Shown here: positions 60,135 through 64,000 of the stretch, in pieces
How positions within the stretch are numbered: the first letter of the stretch is position 1
How the letters are laid out: the number at the start of each line of letters is the position of its first letter
Source of the DNA: Fistulifera solaris
Lineage: Eukaryota
Assembly (NCBI GenBank): GCA_030295235.1
Contig: AP026140.1
Span: 930,001 to 994,000 of the forward strand
DNA: 64,000 nt
Direction: 5' to 3'
Notes under the pieces: generated by a model
What the model saw: only the letters and a program-made list of their open reading frames with translations
Told to the model about the DNA's origin: nothing
Databases searched by the model: none
Translations under genes and position numbers: made by a program

Positions 60135-63100
60135 TTATTTGGCGAATGTAGCACTTCCAGTCGAAAGACTCTGCCAGATGGATGGTATGGGGGAGTCATG
60201 CGATGTATTATCCGAAATACTACCAGGCACATTAATCTCTTTCATGCCCATCCGGGCGTGATGAATCTTCATCAATGAAACGGATAACTCGCTACTTTCA
60301 GAGTTCGCAGCTCGCTGCAGCAGAGTTTGCACAATTGGCTGCACATTTTCAATTCCGCCGAGCTCGAGGCGACCAAGAGCTGTGAGGACATCTTGTGGCC
60401 CGGCTTCGCGAGACAAAAAGTTAGTAGGTCAAGATCAGCCGACGTAACTTCTCGTCCGGCACATTTTGTTTGAACAAAATAAACCAATTCATCAGGAGGC
60501 CGGAGGTTTTCCCGCGTTACTTTTGATGGGCTTCGAGTGGCCTTGCTTAGTAACTTAAAAACTCGTCGCAGAAAACGCGCCGACGACTTGCTTTTAACGA
60601 CATCCAGTGATTTAGCTCCAATATATCGTATGTGCTCTCGTACTTTTTCTATCATCTGTAAGTTATTACTTAGCTCTGAATGTGCCATTATCTCGTCAAC
60701 TAACGCGGTAAACATCATGCCTCGTGTCAGAAACAAGCTTGCGCAATGAAAGAATCATTTTTACACACGTACCTAAGTCCAACGCAAGGTCGGTTTCGTT
60801 GATTTCCATGGCAAAGGCTAACAGAGTCATCAAATCACGTTTGTACATGACGTGTGTGCTGGAAGCCCGTGAAGCGACCGCCATGAAATGCATTTTGTAT
60901 TCCTTGGCTTGCTTCGTTTCATCGTCCATCTCTTGCAGAAATTGGATTGATAAGTGGCACCACTCCTGTAAACGAAGGTACTCTTTGAGGGAGGCGTTTT
61001 GAGCGAAGAGGAGGAAACCAGTCGATTCACTTACATTCACAAGATGGATGTCTCTTTTGCCAGATCCTGACCATCGATTGGGTGCAGCAGATTGGTAAGG
61101 TACGTATAGAAAAGATCTAAAAGCGGTCTTTGGAACTTGGATCCATCAGCAACTATACATTGTTTCTTCACCTGCCACGGTTGCAAATCAGGATAAGCCG
61201 AAGCACACAGATCAACTATTTTTCGACTTGATTCGTCCAGCTTTTCGCCTTGTAAGGTATGAAGGCGTTCCATAAACGCAGAGAGCATAGACTGCAAAAA
61301 AACATGTAAGATATAAAGATTCTTGTAGCGTTCAGCGCCATCGAAGACTCACCTCTTCATACAAAACCAGAGATCCCGTTCGGGCAATATGCTTCGAAAC
61401 GTCTTTGTGCCTAGGGTCATGCTGCGCTAATTCGAGAAGGACCTTTATCACACTTTCTGCCTTGCAAGAATTAGCGACAACAAGACAGGCGTGCAGCTTG
61501 AGATAGGCGCCAAAGCGATGCACAAATGTTGTGGCCTTCTCGTTGACTTCGCTTTCCTCAGGATTTTTCTCCAGTTGAGCAAGGATCACGGTAATGAAAT
61601 AATAGGTCAAAAGATAGCACCTGCGTACGACCTCATGGATTAGCAACGAAAGAAGCTGTAGGGACAAACCGAATGAGCGAGTCGGAGAGCTACAAGAGTA
61701 TCACTTACGTTTCTTCCCTAGTTTCAACATCCAGAACTTGCTCTTCGACTTGTTCACGTAAATTCTTAGTTGCGCGTGGTTTAGAAGAAACCGAAGCCAG
61801 ATTATTCGTTCCCATAGATTCCACTGTCAGATCATCCGAAAGCGTGCTTGATGCAGCAGTCGAGCCAGTATAATTTTGTCGATAGCCCGGCCACAAGATT
61901 CGACGCTGATCCCATGGCAAAGGGCGAAAGGTCTCGCACCAAGCAGGGAGAGCTTCTTCCAATAGAAATTGCGTAGCCGACATGACTTTTCCGTTGGGAG
62001 ATGCAGCTTGTCCGTCTTTATACTTACTAGTTGAGATGCTGGCAGAAGGTGAGCCAGCGTGGATGACAGTCGGAACGGCTTCTGCTTCTTGCGAAGACGC
62101 ATTAAGCTTTGTCGCCAAGTCAAACAAAACTGCCGTGACATCACCGGGAGGTAAAGCGCGACTCTTTTGCGTTTATGAATGATTTTGGATATCTTCTCAC
62201 CAAAAAGGAAATTGCTGAATACGTGCGACTCAAACGGGTCTTCCGACGTAACACTGTCGTCAGCATCTTCAGAATCCGATTCCACGGCTAAATTGGAAGT
62301 AACATTTTGGAGAAATTCAATGACCTGCTTGCGCCAAATTTCATCGTTCGCCGCCAATCGTAGCAACAATTCATCGCCGTCAATCTCTTCTTCGCCTTCG
62401 TCCGAATTTCCCGAAGCCACGGTGGCCATATCATTGTGATTATCTTCACTTTTTTTGCTCGGATAGTTATCGTGTAAATGGTAACGATCCTGGTTTCTAC
62501 TCAAGCACAACGAAAAAGTTTCAAGGGCACGACTACGACGAGAACTGGCGTTACTCCGTAGACTCAGCGTTGTTTTCCACGACTTGAAGGATCGAATATC
62601 TTTGCCACTATCGATGCGTTCCAAATAATTCGTTAGAGCTGTAGCCCCCAATATGGCTCTTCTACCACGTTCCAGGTATTGCTCCTTCGTCAGACTACTC
62701 GTATCCGATAAAGGGCTTGTTACTGGTTCCCTCTTTATTGACAAAAGTCCATCCCCTCGCAGGATCTTGCCGTACTTTTCTTCCCATGCAAAAATTCACT
62801 AACCGCGTGCTCCCGCTCGGCTTGTCTCCGTTCCGCCAGTGCTCTTGATATCCGTTCATTTGCGCATAACACCGATGATGGCGGTTCATTCTCTAAATCG
62901 CTTTCCGGACGTAATGGCAACAGTGGCTGTGTCTCTGGGGCGGTGGTTGTGATAGAGTCACTCTGATTGGCACTCGCCTCTTGTGACAGAAGGGGTGGTG
63001 ATTCAAACGGTATTCCACTAAGCTGATCGACCACCATGGGAAAGAGTGCCATGACATCGTTCGCTACTGCCTTGTCTCTTTGTTGTCTTTCGCTTTGTAG

Positions 63101-63880
63101 TAGTAGATCCATTCCTCCGATAGAATCAAAGCGCAATTGCAATGTCCGCGCATAGAGACCGGTAGTAGAATCGGGTGTACTCAGGGGTGCTAAGGCTTTC
63201 ATCAGTTGATCGATCGGTAAGCGAACCAGGCTGATATCGTTAACTGCCACGAGTACATCGCCTCTTCGAATGAGTCCAGCCAACTGCGCTGGAGATGCTC
63301 TTCCGTCAATCAGTGCATTGAGACTTTGCACGATGACTTTTCCAGCAATGACACTCAGCTTCATCCCCAATGACACATCGCCGAATTCCTCTTCCTTCTC
63401 GTCTTTTGCTGTGTTCATGCTTGCTACGGAATCGTTCTCAGCTTCAGGTTTGAATTCTCGTTTTCGAACAGCACGCCTTATCAAAGTCACTTGATACTGG
63501 GAAGGCGGCATTGACAAACCCAACACTGTTGCAGATTGTTCCTCAATTTCTACCACACGTGCCGCAATGCGCCCATTTTTCCGTTTTCGTTTCCGAATCG
63601 TCCTTGGTGTCTGAGGAGAAAGATTGTTGAGATTATTGCTTCGCGGTGTTATTCCGTTTGCGGCATTGTTGTTATTTTGTTTCGGAGGAGTTGCTGCCTC
63701 TCCCAATTCGTCGTCATGTACAGTGACGGCAAAATCAACCGTGACAGGTTTTCGTACTGACGTATCTTGTAAATTATCGATTTGTTGATGAGCGATCACT
63801 TCCGAAGAATCATTGGGCGCTTCATTGTCCTCTGCGTCTTGTTGAGCAACTGCATCAGTCGCATCCTGTTTGTCATCCAT
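60135..63880 (-). CDS. Large PDZ-domain protein; multi-exon, with frameshifts; structure uncertain
   Basis: PDZ motif SLGMKL...GRASPAQLAGLIRRGDVLVAVND. Consecutive minus-strand ORFs linked by GT-AG introns or indels down to a stop at 60135. Confidence 0.65.
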
Positions 63881-64000
63881 TCTTTACTGCTATTGCTTGT
63901 GCTAAACAACCGCGCAATCGCTCGCTCTCAAACACTCGTCCTCTCGTAGTGCAATGAAAAGGAATGAACAATCGAGCAGAGCAATTGCATTGCAATAACC

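Overview
Gene-dense eukaryotic DNA, most consistent with a pennate diatom. This is inferred from short GT-AG introns, compact intergenic spacers and a bipartite signal+Phe plastid-targeting leader on a 2Fe-2S protein. About 28 genes are recognisable: three tandem SDRs, AAR2, FCF1, two paralogous Zn-finger proteins resembling Mutator/FAR1 DNA-binding domains, SDHAF1, a DUSP12-type Zn-domain protein, EMC6, two RING E3s, a double cyt-b5 MAPR, a Kir channel, a 2Fe-2S protein, a ZIP transporter, FIS1, NAA35, RSL1D1, ATG6, a PPR protein, glutamate-cysteine ligase, an SLC35A transporter, PUS3, cytosolic FBPase and a PDZ protein. Many genes, including essential ones, carry single-base indels mostly in homopolymers, probably long-read consensus errors. 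Two loci also have in-frame stops and look like real pseudogenes: a ZNFX1-like helicase/RZ-finger gene and an amino-acid transporter. Non-genic structure includes a complete LTR element (TG..CA, 5-bp TSD CGCTG) with no intact internal ORF, five intergenic arrays of one palindromic CCAGAA-W-TTCTGG repeat family (two with a ~213-bp higher-order unit), a cluster of 7-nt stutter duplications, and a GC-rich segment with potential RNA structure near 47.9 kb. All calls come from reading the sequence by eye; no searches were run.
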